In this document: in pieces, positions 1 to 9,260 of the stretch
How the letters are laid out: every line of letters starts with the position of its first letter
How positions within the stretch are numbered: position 1 is the stretch's first letter
Position numbers and translations under genes: made by a program
NCBI GenBank assembly: GCA_965204745.1
Contig: OZ242010.1
Coordinates: forward strand, 5,216,001 to 5,280,000
Direction: 5' to 3'
Origin: Candidatus Latescibacterota bacterium
GTDB taxonomy: Bacteria; Latescibacterota; UBA2968
Length of the DNA: 64,000 nucleotides
The notes under the pieces: model-generated
Seen by the model: only the letters and a program-made list of their open reading frames with translations
Database searches by the model: none
Told to the model about the DNA's origin: nothing

Positions 1-2109
1 ATCCCAAAAGCCGAAAACCCGCGTGTTCGCACCGCCTATACCGTGCCCGATCACGCGGAAACCCTGTTTGCTATCGCAACGGATCCGGAAAATTCTCGAT
101 CCTCCGTATCCGTTTATTTTCTGCGAGAAGTCGCGCCCGAAGGCACAGTGGAAAATTATCGCAGCATGTTGATTCGGAGCATGTTCAACAGCATGCTCAA
201 CCAGCGTTTTGACGAAATGATCAAAAAGCCTAATCCGCCGTTTCTGGGCGCGGGGTCCAGCCACGGAAATCTGGTCAGAACCAAAGCCGCCTACATCTTG
301 GGCGCGGGCGTCGAAGAGCGCGGGATTGAACGCGGCCTAGAAGCCATCCTAACAGAAGCCCTGCGCGTGCAGCGTCACGGCTTTACCCTATCGGAAGTGG
401 ATCGCTTAAAAACCAACATGTTGCGGAGCATTGAACAGGCGTACCGCGAGCGCGACAAACGGCGTTCGGGCGGTTTTGCATCCGAATACATCCGCCACTT
501 CTTGACGGACGAACCCATCCCGGGCATTGAAATCGAACGCGCGTTATTCCAAAAATTGTTGCCGGGCATCCAAGCCGAAGAAATCAACCGCTTGGTCGGG
601 GAATGGCTTACCGACGAGAATCGCGTCATCGTGGTCAGCGCGCCCGAAAAAGCGGGCTTGCCCATCCCCTCTGAAGCCGAATTGTCGGGCATTCTCAACG
701 CGGTGCAACAAAAAGAGGTCGAACCATACAGGGAAGAGGTGTCAGACGATCCCCTCATCGCGCATCTCCCCACGCCCGGCCCTGTGGTGCGCGAAACGAC
801 TATCGACACATTTGGCGTCACGGAATGGACCTTGAGCAATGGGGTCACAGTGGTGATGAAACCCACGGATTTTAAGAACGACGAAGTTCTGTTCACCGCA
901 TTCAGCCCGGGCGGTCACTCGCTGGCAAGCGACGAAAATTACATCGCGGCCTCCACCGCGACTGCCGCCATCATGGAAGGCGGGTTGGGCGAGTTCAGCC
1001 AGATCGACTTAAAAAAGAAATTGGCAGGCAAAGTGGTGCGCGTGTCTCCCGGCATCAGCGGCCTGAGCGAGCGCGTGTCAGGCAGTGCGTCTCCCGAGGA
1101 TTTGGAGACCATGTTCCAACTCATCTATCTCATGTTCACCGAGCCGCGGGCAGATTCGCTGGCATTTCGCGCGTTTCGAGATCGCTATCGGGCCGTGTTG
1201 CAAAATCGCGGGATGAGGCCCGAGACCGCTTATTCGGACACGATCCAAGTGACGATGTCGCAATACCATTTCAGATCGCGGCCGTTGTCGAATGAAATCC
1301 TATCGGAAATGGACCTGCAAAAATCCCTGGCCTTTTACAAAGATCGATTCGCCGACGCCAGCGACTTTACCTTTGTGTTCGTCGGCAATTTCGCACCCGA
1401 AAAAATCAAGCCCCTAATCGAGACCTATCTCGGCGGTCTGCCCGCGCTCAACCGCACAGAGACCTGGCGCGATACGGGCATCAGACCCCCCAAAGGCGTC
1501 ATTGAAAAGACCATACGCCGAGGGCGCGAACCCAAAAGCAGGACGCGCCTGATCTTCACCGGGCCTTTTGACTGGGATGATCGGTTCGGGCGGTACGCCT
1601 TCGATTCTATGGGCGATGTCCTAAACATCAAGTTGCGCGAGGTCTTGCGAGAAGACGAGGGCGGCACTTACGGCGTGGGCGTCCGCACCTCCGTGTCGCG
1701 CTGGCCCGAGGGCAAATACAGCATTTCGATCAGCTTTGGATGCGATCCCGACCGGTTGGAGGAACTGACCCAACTCGTCTTTGTCCAGATCGACAGCATG
1801 AAACAAAAACCCGTCGATCGATCGTACATCGACAAAGTGACCGAAATGGACTTGCGCCGCCGCGAAACGAACCTCAAAGAAAACCGCTATTGGCGCAACA
1901 CCTTGCAGTGGTACTACCAACACGACAAGGACATGATGGCCCTGCTGAAGTACGAAGACGAGATCGTCAAAAAACTGACCGCAGAGGATGTCCAACAAGC
2001 CACACAGCAGTATTTCAACATGAAAAACTACGGCCGATTTGTGTTGCTGCCGGAAGGCGAAACCAAAAAATCAAAAGCAACCACAGAGGAAAAACGGAGC
2101 GCGGATTAA
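1..2109 (+). CDS. M16 family zinc peptidase (PqqL-like), 5'-truncated by the window edge
   Basis: Motifs WTLSNGVTVVMKPTDFKNDEV and LREVLREDEGGTYGV are typical of the C-terminal half of PqqL-like M16 proteases; the frame is open from the window start. Confidence 0.85.
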   Translation: MPKAENPRVRTAYTVPDHAETLFAIATDPENSRSSVSVYFLREVAPEGTVENYRSMLIRSMFNSMLNQRFDEMIKKPNPPFLGAGSSHGNLVRTKAAYILGAGVEERGIERGLEAILTEALRVQRHGFTLSEVDRLKTNMLRSIEQAYRERDKRRSGGFASEYIRHFLTDEPIPGIEIERALFQKLLPGIQAEEINRLVGEWLTDENRVIVVSAPEKAGLPIPSEAELSGILNAVQQKEVEPYREEVSDDPLIAHLPTPGPVVRETTIDTFGVTEWTLSNGVTVVMKPTDFKNDEVLFTAFSPGGHSLASDENYIAASTATAAIMEGGLGEFSQIDLKKKLAGKVVRVSPGISGLSERVSGSASPEDLETMFQLIYLMFTEPRADSLAFRAFRDRYRAVLQNRGMRPETAYSDTIQVTMSQYHFRSRPLSNEILSEMDLQKSLAFYKDRFADASDFTFVFVGNFAPEKIKPLIETYLGGLPALNRTETWRDTGIRPPKGVIEKTIRRGREPKSRTRLIFTGPFDWDDRFGRYAFDSMGDVLNIKLREVLREDEGGTYGVGVRTSVSRWPEGKYSISISFGCDPDRLEELTQLVFVQIDSMKQKPVDRSYIDKVTEMDLRRRETNLKENRYWRNTLQWYYQHDKDMMALLKYEDEIVKKLTAEDVQQATQQYFNMKNYGRFVLLPEGETKKSKATTEEKRSAD

Positions 2110-2170
2110 ACGGATTACACGGATTACACGGAGGAAAGGCGGATCGCGGATGGCGCGGATTACACGGATT
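2099..2170. repeat. Short 9-mer tandem repeat (CGGATTACA-like)
   Basis: gcggattaaacggattacacggattacacgga...gcggattacacggatt; related reversed units near 18910-18935 and 34065-34087. Confidence 0.75.
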
Positions 2171-2202
2171 GTGTTGCCAAAATTAGCTAATCGGGAGGTT
2201 GT

Positions 2203-2913
2203 ATGGGTGCTGAACTGAGCCGCCTGAAAAACGCCACCTATCCCGGGCGGGGGATTGTGATCGGGCAAACGCCTGATGGCGCCGCTCTGGTTCAGATCTA
2301 TTGGATTATGGGGCGCAGCGCGAGCAGTCGCAACCGCGTATTTGTGCGCGAGGGCGATGCTGTAAAAATCGACGCCATAGACAAATCCCAAGCCATCGAT
2401 CCCTTGACCCTGTATTACCCCATCAAGGTCTGGCGCGACGCCCACATCGTCACCAATGGCGATCAGACAGAAACAATCGTCCAAGCCCTGCAAAATGCTG
2501 GGTCCTTTGAATCGGCCTTGCAGACGCGCACCTTTGAACCCGACGCGCCCAATTTCACACCGCGCATTTCCGGCCTCGTCAAATCGGGAGACGCGCACGC
2601 CTACCGGCTGGCAATATTGAAAACCGTCAACGGCGATGCGCGTTATTGCTCGCGTCAGTTCTTCAACTGCGAAACCGCGATTCCGGGAACGGGGCATTGC
2701 ATCACGACGTACATGGACGACGGCAATCCCTTGCCCTCATTTGAAGGCGAACCGTTTGCGGTCGTTTTATTTGACGATATCCACCAAACAGCGGACGTAT
2801 TTTGGAACGCATTAAACAGCGACAACCGCGTCTCCCTGCTCGTAAAATTCATCCATCCCAAAACTTCCGATCTGGTAATCGTGAACAAATATGGGGAAAA
2901 CAATGACGATTAG
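2203..2913 (+). CDS. IMP cyclohydrolase-like protein (PurO-type Ntn hydrolase)
   Basis: YPGRGIVIG, YWIMGRS..SRNR, IVTNGDQT, FEPDAPNFTPRISG; RBS ggagg. Confidence 0.85.
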   Translation: MGAELSRLKNATYPGRGIVIGQTPDGAALVQIYWIMGRSASSRNRVFVREGDAVKIDAIDKSQAIDPLTLYYPIKVWRDAHIVTNGDQTETIVQALQNAGSFESALQTRTFEPDAPNFTPRISGLVKSGDAHAYRLAILKTVNGDARYCSRQFFNCETAIPGTGHCITTYMDDGNPLPSFEGEPFAVVLFDDIHQTADVFWNALNSDNRVSLLVKFIHPKTSDLVIVNKYGENNDD

Positions 2914-3610
2914 TGCGTTGACATTTGACGTATTTGGCACGGTGGTGGATTGGCGCAGTTCGGTTATCCGCGATGGCGAGCGGTTGGTCGAAGGCAAGGG
3001 GTGGCAGGTGGATTGGGCCGCTTTTGCCGATGCGTGGCGCGCGGGCTATGGCCCGTCCATGAATCGCGTGCGTACCGGCGACTTGCCGTGGACCAAGATC
3101 GACGATCTGCACCGCCTGATCTTGGACGACTTGCTACCCGAATTTGGCATTGAAGGACTGACCGAGCACGAGATCGAAACCTTTAACCGGGTGTGGCATC
3201 GCCTGGATCCATGGCCCGACGCCGTCGGGGGCTTGTTGCGGTTGAAATCCCGATACACCATCGCCACCTTGTCCAATGGCAACGTCTCCCTGCTCGCCAA
3301 CATGGCGAAATACGCGGGCCTGCCGTGGGATTGCATCTTGTCTGCTGAATTGGCGCGGCACTACAAGCCCGACGCCGAGGCGTATTTGAAAGCCATCGAG
3401 TTGCTCAGTTGCGACCCGTCCGAAGTGATGATGGTGGCCGCACACCAAGGCGACTTGCGCCACGCAGCACAGGTGGGCATGAAAACGGCCTTTGTGTTGC
3501 GCCCCTTCGAGCGCGGCCCCGATAGAGAGAAGGACTTGACGCCCGATCCGGATTTCGACATTATGGCGTGCGACTTTCACGACTTGGCGGACAAATTGGG
3601 GTGCTATTGA
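2903..3610 (+). CDS. Haloacid dehalogenase type II (HAD superfamily)
   Basis: FDVFGTVVDW, LSNGN, YKPD and MVAAH..DL motifs. Confidence 0.9.
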   Translation: MTISALTFDVFGTVVDWRSSVIRDGERLVEGKGWQVDWAAFADAWRAGYGPSMNRVRTGDLPWTKIDDLHRLILDDLLPEFGIEGLTEHEIETFNRVWHRLDPWPDAVGGLLRLKSRYTIATLSNGNVSLLANMAKYAGLPWDCILSAELARHYKPDAEAYLKAIELLSCDPSEVMMVAAHQGDLRHAAQVGMKTAFVLRPFERGPDREKDLTPDPDFDIMACDFHDLADKLGCY

Positions 3611-3624
3611 AAGAGGAGGCTGTC

Positions 3625-4899
3625 ATGATTCAAAGCGGCGTTGCAACCGGAGACATCACGCCCGAACCGGGCCTTGTGCTTCAGGGACATTGGAACACCA
3701 ATCCATCGCATGCGGTGCTCTATCCGCTCGAGGTGCGGGCCATTGTGTTTGCCGAAGGCGACTCGCAAATCGCCATTGCCACCCTGGACGTCATCGGCGT
3801 GACCAAGGACACCACGGATCGGATTCGCGCACAGGTGGCAAAGACATCCGGCATCCCCGAAGCTGGCGTGATGATCGCGTGTAGCCACACGCATTGCGCG
3901 CCCGCCACCTTGCCGTGTTTGGGCATGACGCCCGATCCCAAATTCATGGATCGCCTCGTCAACACCACAGCCGCGTGCATTGCCGAAGCGGCCCGCGCGC
4001 TTCAACCCGTGACCTTTGGCCTGGGCTGTGGGTCCGCGCATTTCAACATCAACCGCCGTCCCCTGCCCGGCTCGTCGGGCATGACATTGAATTACGGCGG
4101 GATTGTGGACCGCCGCGTGCGCGTGTTGCAGGTGTGCAAAGCGGACAGCGCGCCCCTCGCCGCGTTGTTCCACTACTCGTGCCATCCGACCACCTTAAGC
4201 GGTTCGCACGGCCTCATCTCACCCGACTTTCCGGGCATTGCCCGCAACCGAATCGAACGCGCCCTCAACTGCAAAGCCCTGTTTTTGAGCGGATGCTTTG
4301 GCAACATCCGCCCCGCCATTTTGAGCGAGACCGGGGGATTCGCCTCGGCCACCAAAGAACAGTTGGACGCTTGCGGGTACGAGTTGGGCGACGAGGTGTG
4401 TCGCGTGGCCGCAGAGCTGGATCCCAAAAGCGCGACGGGCATTCGCGCTCGGCGCACGGGCATGGCACTTCCCTTTGGCGACCCGATGCCCGAAGATCAG
4501 TTGATGGAGATGGCGGCAGATGAGACCGAGAGAGGGCAGTTGTTGACAGGCCCTTGGGCCGAGCAGGTGCTGGCGATGATGACAGCAGGTAGCGTACCGG
4601 CTGAAAAGCCCACCGAGATGCAGATGATGCAACTAGGCCCGCTGATGCTGATCGCCATCCCGGGCGAGCCCGTGCAGGAAATCGGGCACGCCATAGAAAA
4701 ACGGCTGCGGCACCTGAGCGCGGATCTGTGGCCCGTGGGCTACGCCAATGACGAGGTGGGATATTTGTGTACAGCGCGGCACTACGAAGAGGGCGGGTAC
4801 GAACCCAATGCCTATCCGTACTACGGAGAACCCGCACCCTTTCACGGCGAAGAAACGGTCATTTTGAAAACCGCAGACGCTTTGGCACGAGGCGCGTGA
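3625..4899 (+). CDS. Neutral/alkaline ceramidase-like hydrolase
   Basis: DITP, CSHTHCAP, YSCHPT, ISPDFPG, IPGEP, GYAND, GGYE; RBS gaggagg. Confidence 0.75.
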   Translation: MIQSGVATGDITPEPGLVLQGHWNTNPSHAVLYPLEVRAIVFAEGDSQIAIATLDVIGVTKDTTDRIRAQVAKTSGIPEAGVMIACSHTHCAPATLPCLGMTPDPKFMDRLVNTTAACIAEAARALQPVTFGLGCGSAHFNINRRPLPGSSGMTLNYGGIVDRRVRVLQVCKADSAPLAALFHYSCHPTTLSGSHGLISPDFPGIARNRIERALNCKALFLSGCFGNIRPAILSETGGFASATKEQLDACGYELGDEVCRVAAELDPKSATGIRARRTGMALPFGDPMPEDQLMEMAADETERGQLLTGPWAEQVLAMMTAGSVPAEKPTEMQMMQLGPLMLIAIPGEPVQEIGHAIEKRLRHLSADLWPVGYANDEVGYLCTARHYEEGGYEPNAYPYYGEPAPFHGEETVILKTADALARGA

Positions 4900-4972
4900 T
4901 GAATCGCTTATGGGTGGGGTTCTTCACAATGGTAACGGCTCCCGCGATCTCCACACCCTCAAGGTGACACCC

Positions 4973-5950
4973 ATGCCAAACAACAAACAAATCGTCCGTC
5001 AATTGGATATCCTCCGGGAATTTAGCACTCGGAAATACGGCGTGACCATTCGAGAACTTGCCGAGGGACAAGGCGTCTCGACGCGCACAATACACAGGGA
5101 CCTCAACGACCTGCAAGAGGCGGGCTTCTTTCTCGATGCAGAGGTGCGAGAGGGTCAAAAATACTGGAAGTTCGATCAAAATACGGACTTGCTGTCCCTG
5201 AAGTTTCCCATCGACGAAATCATCGCCTTGAAGTTTATCGAGGGCATCGTCAGTTCGCTTGCGGGAACGCCATTCAACGAGGCATTCAACAAAACCCTGA
5301 ACAGAATCCGAACGACGCTTCCCGAGGACATGCGCACGTTTTTAGCACGGGCAGGCACCGCTTATTATCCACACCAGCGCGGGCAAAAGGCGCAAATCCC
5401 GCCCGAAATATTCGCAACGGCCCATCGCGCCATCAAAGAACGCAAAATTTGCAACGTCACCTATCGCGCGATCACCACCGGGCAAACCAAAACCTACCCC
5501 ATCACGCCCTTCAGATTGTTGTATTATCACAATGGATTTTACCTTTTGTGCCGCAATCCGAATTACGGCGATTTGCTCACCCTGGCCGCAGAGCGCATTC
5601 AGGCGCTCGAAATCACAGCGCAACCCTTTGGGTATCCGCACGATCTCGACATAGAAGGCCGCGTTCAACAGGCATTCGGCATCGTCCTTGAGGACCCCAT
5701 ACCGATCAAAGTTCGATTTTCCGCATCGCAAGCCCCTTATGTCAAACAACGGATTTGGCATCCCTCGCAAGAGATCGAGGAATTGGACACCGGCGAGATC
5801 ATCCTGTCGTTTCGAGCTGGCGGCCTTCATGAAATCAAATCGTGGATCTTAAGCCACGGTGCCGAGGCAGAAGTCCTCGAGCCGCCCGGCCTGCGCGAGG
5901 AAATCACCGCGGAACTCAAAAAAAATCTGCATTTTTATCAAAAAACCTGA
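4973..5950 (+). CDS. HTH-WYL-WCX transcriptional regulator
   Basis: N-terminal wHTH (VSTRTIHRDLNDL), WYL region (PFRLLYYHNGFYL..ERI), WCX (WILSHGAEAEVLEPPGLREEI). Confidence 0.9.
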   Translation: MPNNKQIVRQLDILREFSTRKYGVTIRELAEGQGVSTRTIHRDLNDLQEAGFFLDAEVREGQKYWKFDQNTDLLSLKFPIDEIIALKFIEGIVSSLAGTPFNEAFNKTLNRIRTTLPEDMRTFLARAGTAYYPHQRGQKAQIPPEIFATAHRAIKERKICNVTYRAITTGQTKTYPITPFRLLYYHNGFYLLCRNPNYGDLLTLAAERIQALEITAQPFGYPHDLDIEGRVQQAFGIVLEDPIPIKVRFSASQAPYVKQRIWHPSQEIEELDTGEIILSFRAGGLHEIKSWILSHGAEAEVLEPPGLREEITAELKKNLHFYQKT

Positions 5951-5955
5951 TTACC

Positions 5956-5989
5956 TACGACACACCTCGTCATATCCCTTCTTTATCTT
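5956..5989 (+). promoter_or_regulatory. Putative WYL operator / WYL-activated promoter
   Basis: Near-palindrome TACGAC-N7-GTCATA, then CGTCATAT-N8-TATCTT, resembling the PafBC-type TGTCRGTG-N8-TAnnnT layout. Confidence 0.5.
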
Positions 5990-6046
5990 TAAGGCGCGTT
6001 CCAAAGAATGCGTCTTTTTTTGTGATCTATCCCCCCGGGCCCCTTT

Positions 6047-7355
6047 CCTAATCCAAAACCGACAAAAGGGGATCAACATCCTCCTCTACGGCCCTCCGGG
6101 CACGGGCAAAACCGAGTTTGCGCGCACCCTTTGCGGCGCGGTCGGAACGCGGCTCTACGCTATCGGGGACAACGAGGTCGGCGCCGAGGCGCGCCTGAGC
6201 ATCAACCGCTCACAGACCTTGGACTACGCACTCGAAGCCCTCGCAGACGAGCAGAACGCCGCGATCCTCTTCGACGAGATGGAGGATTTTCACCGCGTTG
6301 AAAAACTCTGGCTCAATCGCATTGTCGAGGAAAATCCCGTGCCGATTATCTGGGCGTGCAACGCCATTGGCTACTACCGCGTGATGCAGCCGTTCTTCAT
6401 CGACCGCATGTTGCACGCCATAGAGTTTCGCCACATGTCTGCCCAAGCGCGGCAACGCGTGTACACGGACATCCTGCACGAGACGCACCTGCCCGCCCCT
6501 GAAACGCGCCAACTCGCCGAGGAATTGGCCCGCAACGCCAAGGTCACGCCGCGGCAAGTCGCGATGGCGGTCGACCAAGCCGCGATGGTCAACGGGGATC
6601 CCGAAACCATCCGGCGCAGCGTTGCCCAAAAGGAGAAATTGCGCTATGGCATCCGCCCGCCCGACGCGCGGCCCATCGCGCAATACGATCCGTCATTGGT
6701 CCACGCCGATATCGACATGGCGGAATTGGCGGCCCGGATGGTCGCGTTGGGCCCGCGCCGGTTCGCGCTCTGCTTGAGCGGGCCGCCGGGCACGGGCAAG
6801 ACCGCGTTTGCGCGCCACATCGCCGAGCAGATGGGGATCGACATCCTGCCCAAGCGGGCGTCTGATCTTTTGGGCAAATACGTGGGCGAAACCGAGAAGC
6901 AGATCGCGTCGGCATTTGCCGAGGCGATTGAGACGCGGTCGTTTCTGGTGTTCGACGAGGTGGATTCGCTCCTCATGGATCGGCAATCTGCCCAGCGGTC
7001 GTGGGAAGTGAGCATGGTCAACGAGTTGCTCAGCCAGATGGAGCGACACCCCCTCCCCTTTGCCTGCACCACGAATCAGCGCGACGCCCTTGACCCTGCC
7101 GCTGCGCGCCGCTTCTTGTTCCGCGCCGAGTTCCGCTATCTCGATCCGCCGCGCATTCGCCGCGCGTTCGACTTGTTCTTCAATGCCAAGGCCCCTGCCC
7201 CTGTGCTCGCGCTGACCAAACTCACCCCCGCGGATTTCGCCAACATACGCGAACGCGCAGAGGTGCTCGGCTTCTTGGACGCCCCAAACCGCATCGCATC
7301 CGCCCTCGCCGACGAATGCCACGCAAAACCCGGCAACACCCCAACGGGCTTCTGA
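6047..7355 (+). pseudogene. Tandem AAA+ ATPase, N-terminally truncated
   Basis: Two Walker A (GPPGTGKT) and two Walker B (LFDE, VFDEVD) motifs; no credible start or RBS; homology begins right after a repeat fragment at 6029-6050. Confidence 0.65.
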
Positions 7356-7459
7356 CAACGGAGCGAGATACAACGGGCCGCTTTCCAAGCCCGTTCATCG
7401 CCGAATCGGAGCACAACCGCGTAGCAGTTCATTGAGGCGAGTACGTGATTATGCGGTTG

Positions 7460-7657
7460 AGTGGCCCTCTCGCCTCTCGCCTCTCCCGTCTCCCCTGCGG
7501 AGCGGTTGTGCGGTTGTGCGGCTGGTGGCCGTCTCCCCTCTTGCCTCTCCCGTCTCCCCTGCGGAGCGGTTGTGCGGCGGGGCGGACTGACCACTGACCA
7601 CTGACCACTGACCACTGGTTTTAGGCGGTTGAGTGGCAGGGTGGCCGTCTCCCCTCT
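7460..7657. repeat. Cluster of heptamer repeats (CCTCTCG/CGTCTCC/CCTCTTG; ACTGACC; GCGGTTGT) containing IS110 target sites
   Basis: Visible tandem units; the cluster continues after the IS at 8951-8995. Confidence 0.8.
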
Positions 7658-7671
7658 TGTATCTTGGAAGT

Positions 7672-7856
7672 AAGGGTTAATTAGGAGTTGCGCCCTCGTA
7701 TCGAGATAAGCCATCTTGATGCCCGGCTCGGGGAAGGCCGGCCCCTCTTGAAGGCGATGACCTTGTAGGTAAGATAGGCCCCCCGACCGCCGGGTCTATG
7801 CCGAAGAGTATCTAAGCCCCTTGAGGCTGCATATACAAGACCGGTAGACTTGGCGT
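7672..7856 (+). ncRNA. IS110 bridge RNA, copy 1 (ends approximate)
   Basis: 5' hairpin ATCGAGAT/ATCTTGAT; target loop guides CCCCTCT 7742-7748 and AGGTAAG 7767-7773; donor loop guides AGAGTATCT 7805-7813 and ATACAAG 7833-7839. Confidence 0.9.
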
Positions 7857-7924
7857 CAATGGTCGGGACGCGACCCCGAGCGCGCACCAGATCCCTTACA
7901 ACCCCCTCATCACAGGAGGCCCCC

Positions 7925-8932
7925 ATGTCGAAATCTCACCCCGCTTTTGCCGGCATTGATGTCAGTGCCCGCACGTTGTCCGTTGCCCTGTCCAGACCCG
8001 GACAAGCTGTCATGCAAGCGACCTTTGCCAATGATCCCCAAGCGCATAAGCGGTTGCTGAAGTGGCTCACGAAGGGCGGGCACATGGTCTCTGTGTGCCT
8101 CGAAGCGACCGGGCTTTACAGTTTGGGGGTGGCCTTGGCCTTGCATCGGCATCGCCACACAAAGGTCATGGTCGTCAATCCCAAAGCGATGAGCAAGTAC
8201 GCCCAAGCCTGCATGCAACGGGCGAAGACGGATGCGAAGGATGCGTTGTTGATCCTCGACTATGCCGAGCGCATGCCTTTTGTGCCTTGGCAAGCGCCGA
8301 GCGAGCAACGGCTTCAACTGCAAGCCCTCACCAGACGCATTGACCAACTCAAGCAGGAGATCATCCGCGAACAGAGCCGCAACCACGCGCAGAGCTACCA
8401 CATCCGCAGCACACGTCTCATCGCACGCGATATTCAGGTGAATATTCGACACTTCAAACGCCGGATTGCATACTTGGAAAGCCAAGCCCTCGATCTCGTT
8501 TTGCACGATGAGCCCCTCAAGCGTGCCTACCAACGCCTCTGCTCGACGCCTGGCATCGCGCAAACGAGTGCCTTGCGGCTCTTGGCCGAGTTGACCCTTT
8601 TGCCAGAGGAGATGCAACCGCCCCAGTGGGTCGCACATGCAGGCCTGGATCCCAAACCCAAACAATCCGGAACCGCCAATCCACAAAGACGCATCTCGAA
8701 AACCGGGAATAAGTACCTCCGCCATGCCCTCTATATGCCTGCCTGGGTGGCCATCAGACACGAAGGCCATGTCAAAGCCTTCTATGACCAACTCATCGCC
8801 CGCGGCAAGAAACCTTTGCAGGCTATCGTTGCGGTGATGCGAAAGTTGCTCCATTCGATCTGGGGCATGTTGCGCCATGACCAAGATTTTGAGGGCGAAA
8901 AATTCTATCGAATCACCCCGAAAACCCCTTGA
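7925..8932 (+). CDS. IS110 family transposase / bridge recombinase
   Basis: DEDD RuvC-like motifs GIDVS, CLEATG, KTDAKD; Tnp-domain QSG serine; ISKTGNKYLR; RBS aggagg. Confidence 0.97.
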   Translation: MSKSHPAFAGIDVSARTLSVALSRPGQAVMQATFANDPQAHKRLLKWLTKGGHMVSVCLEATGLYSLGVALALHRHRHTKVMVVNPKAMSKYAQACMQRAKTDAKDALLILDYAERMPFVPWQAPSEQRLQLQALTRRIDQLKQEIIREQSRNHAQSYHIRSTRLIARDIQVNIRHFKRRIAYLESQALDLVLHDEPLKRAYQRLCSTPGIAQTSALRLLAELTLLPEEMQPPQWVAHAGLDPKPKQSGTANPQRRISKTGNKYLRHALYMPAWVAIRHEGHVKAFYDQLIARGKKPLQAIVAVMRKLLHSIWGMLRHDQDFEGEKFYRITPKTP

Positions 8933-9052
8933 CCTTTTAAGAGAGTATCTTGCCTCTTGCTTCTCCCCTCTCCCCTGTGGTTGTGCGGCGGGGCGGCGGC
9001 GAAGCCTACCATTTTTATCTTGATTTCGTTCAAATAATCGCTAACTTGGGGT

Positions 9053-9260
9053 TGTCAACCATCGAGCAGAGCCCGCATGTCGGGTAGCCTGCTGAATAGA
9101 ATAGCCTACTCAACTGGCGGCGGGTCGCTCCCGGCACCAAGGCGAATAAGTAGGACCCTTCCCGCATCTCTCTGCGTGATGGTTGACACTGCCCGGCCCC
9201 TATGCTGGCGCAGCGTCAACCTGCCTTCAATCTGTCAACCATCCACGTCAACACGCAAAG
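9053..9260 (+). ncRNA. Putative structured leader RNA with alternative pairings
   Basis: TGTCAACCATC at 9053 and 9233, its complement at 9178, hairpin 9181-9221; promoter-like TTGATT-16-TAACTT at 9020-9047. Confidence 0.5.

Larger units (their letters stand above)
7658..8950 (+). mobile_element. IS110-family (IS621-like) element, copy 1, 1293 bp, CT core at both junctions
   Basis: Same sequence as 23581-24873; no terminal IRs; junctions cccct[CT]tgtatc and agagtat[CT]tgcctc. Confidence 0.95.

Noticed and set aside
5859-6046. N-terminal part of the 498-aa AAA ORF
   Set aside because: It overlaps the WYL gene, the operator and a repeat fragment, so it looks like fortuitous open frame.
7681-7926. 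81-aa minus ORF and 25-aa N-terminal extension of the transposase (both copies)
   Set aside because: They overlap the bridge RNA; the true start is the ATG at 7925 with an AGGAGG RBS.
9053-9188. 6S RNA, retron msr/msd or c-di-AMP riboswitch
   Set aside because: The rod is short for 6S and has competing partners; no RT is nearby; only GCTGAAT resembles ydaO. Left as an unclassified RNA.
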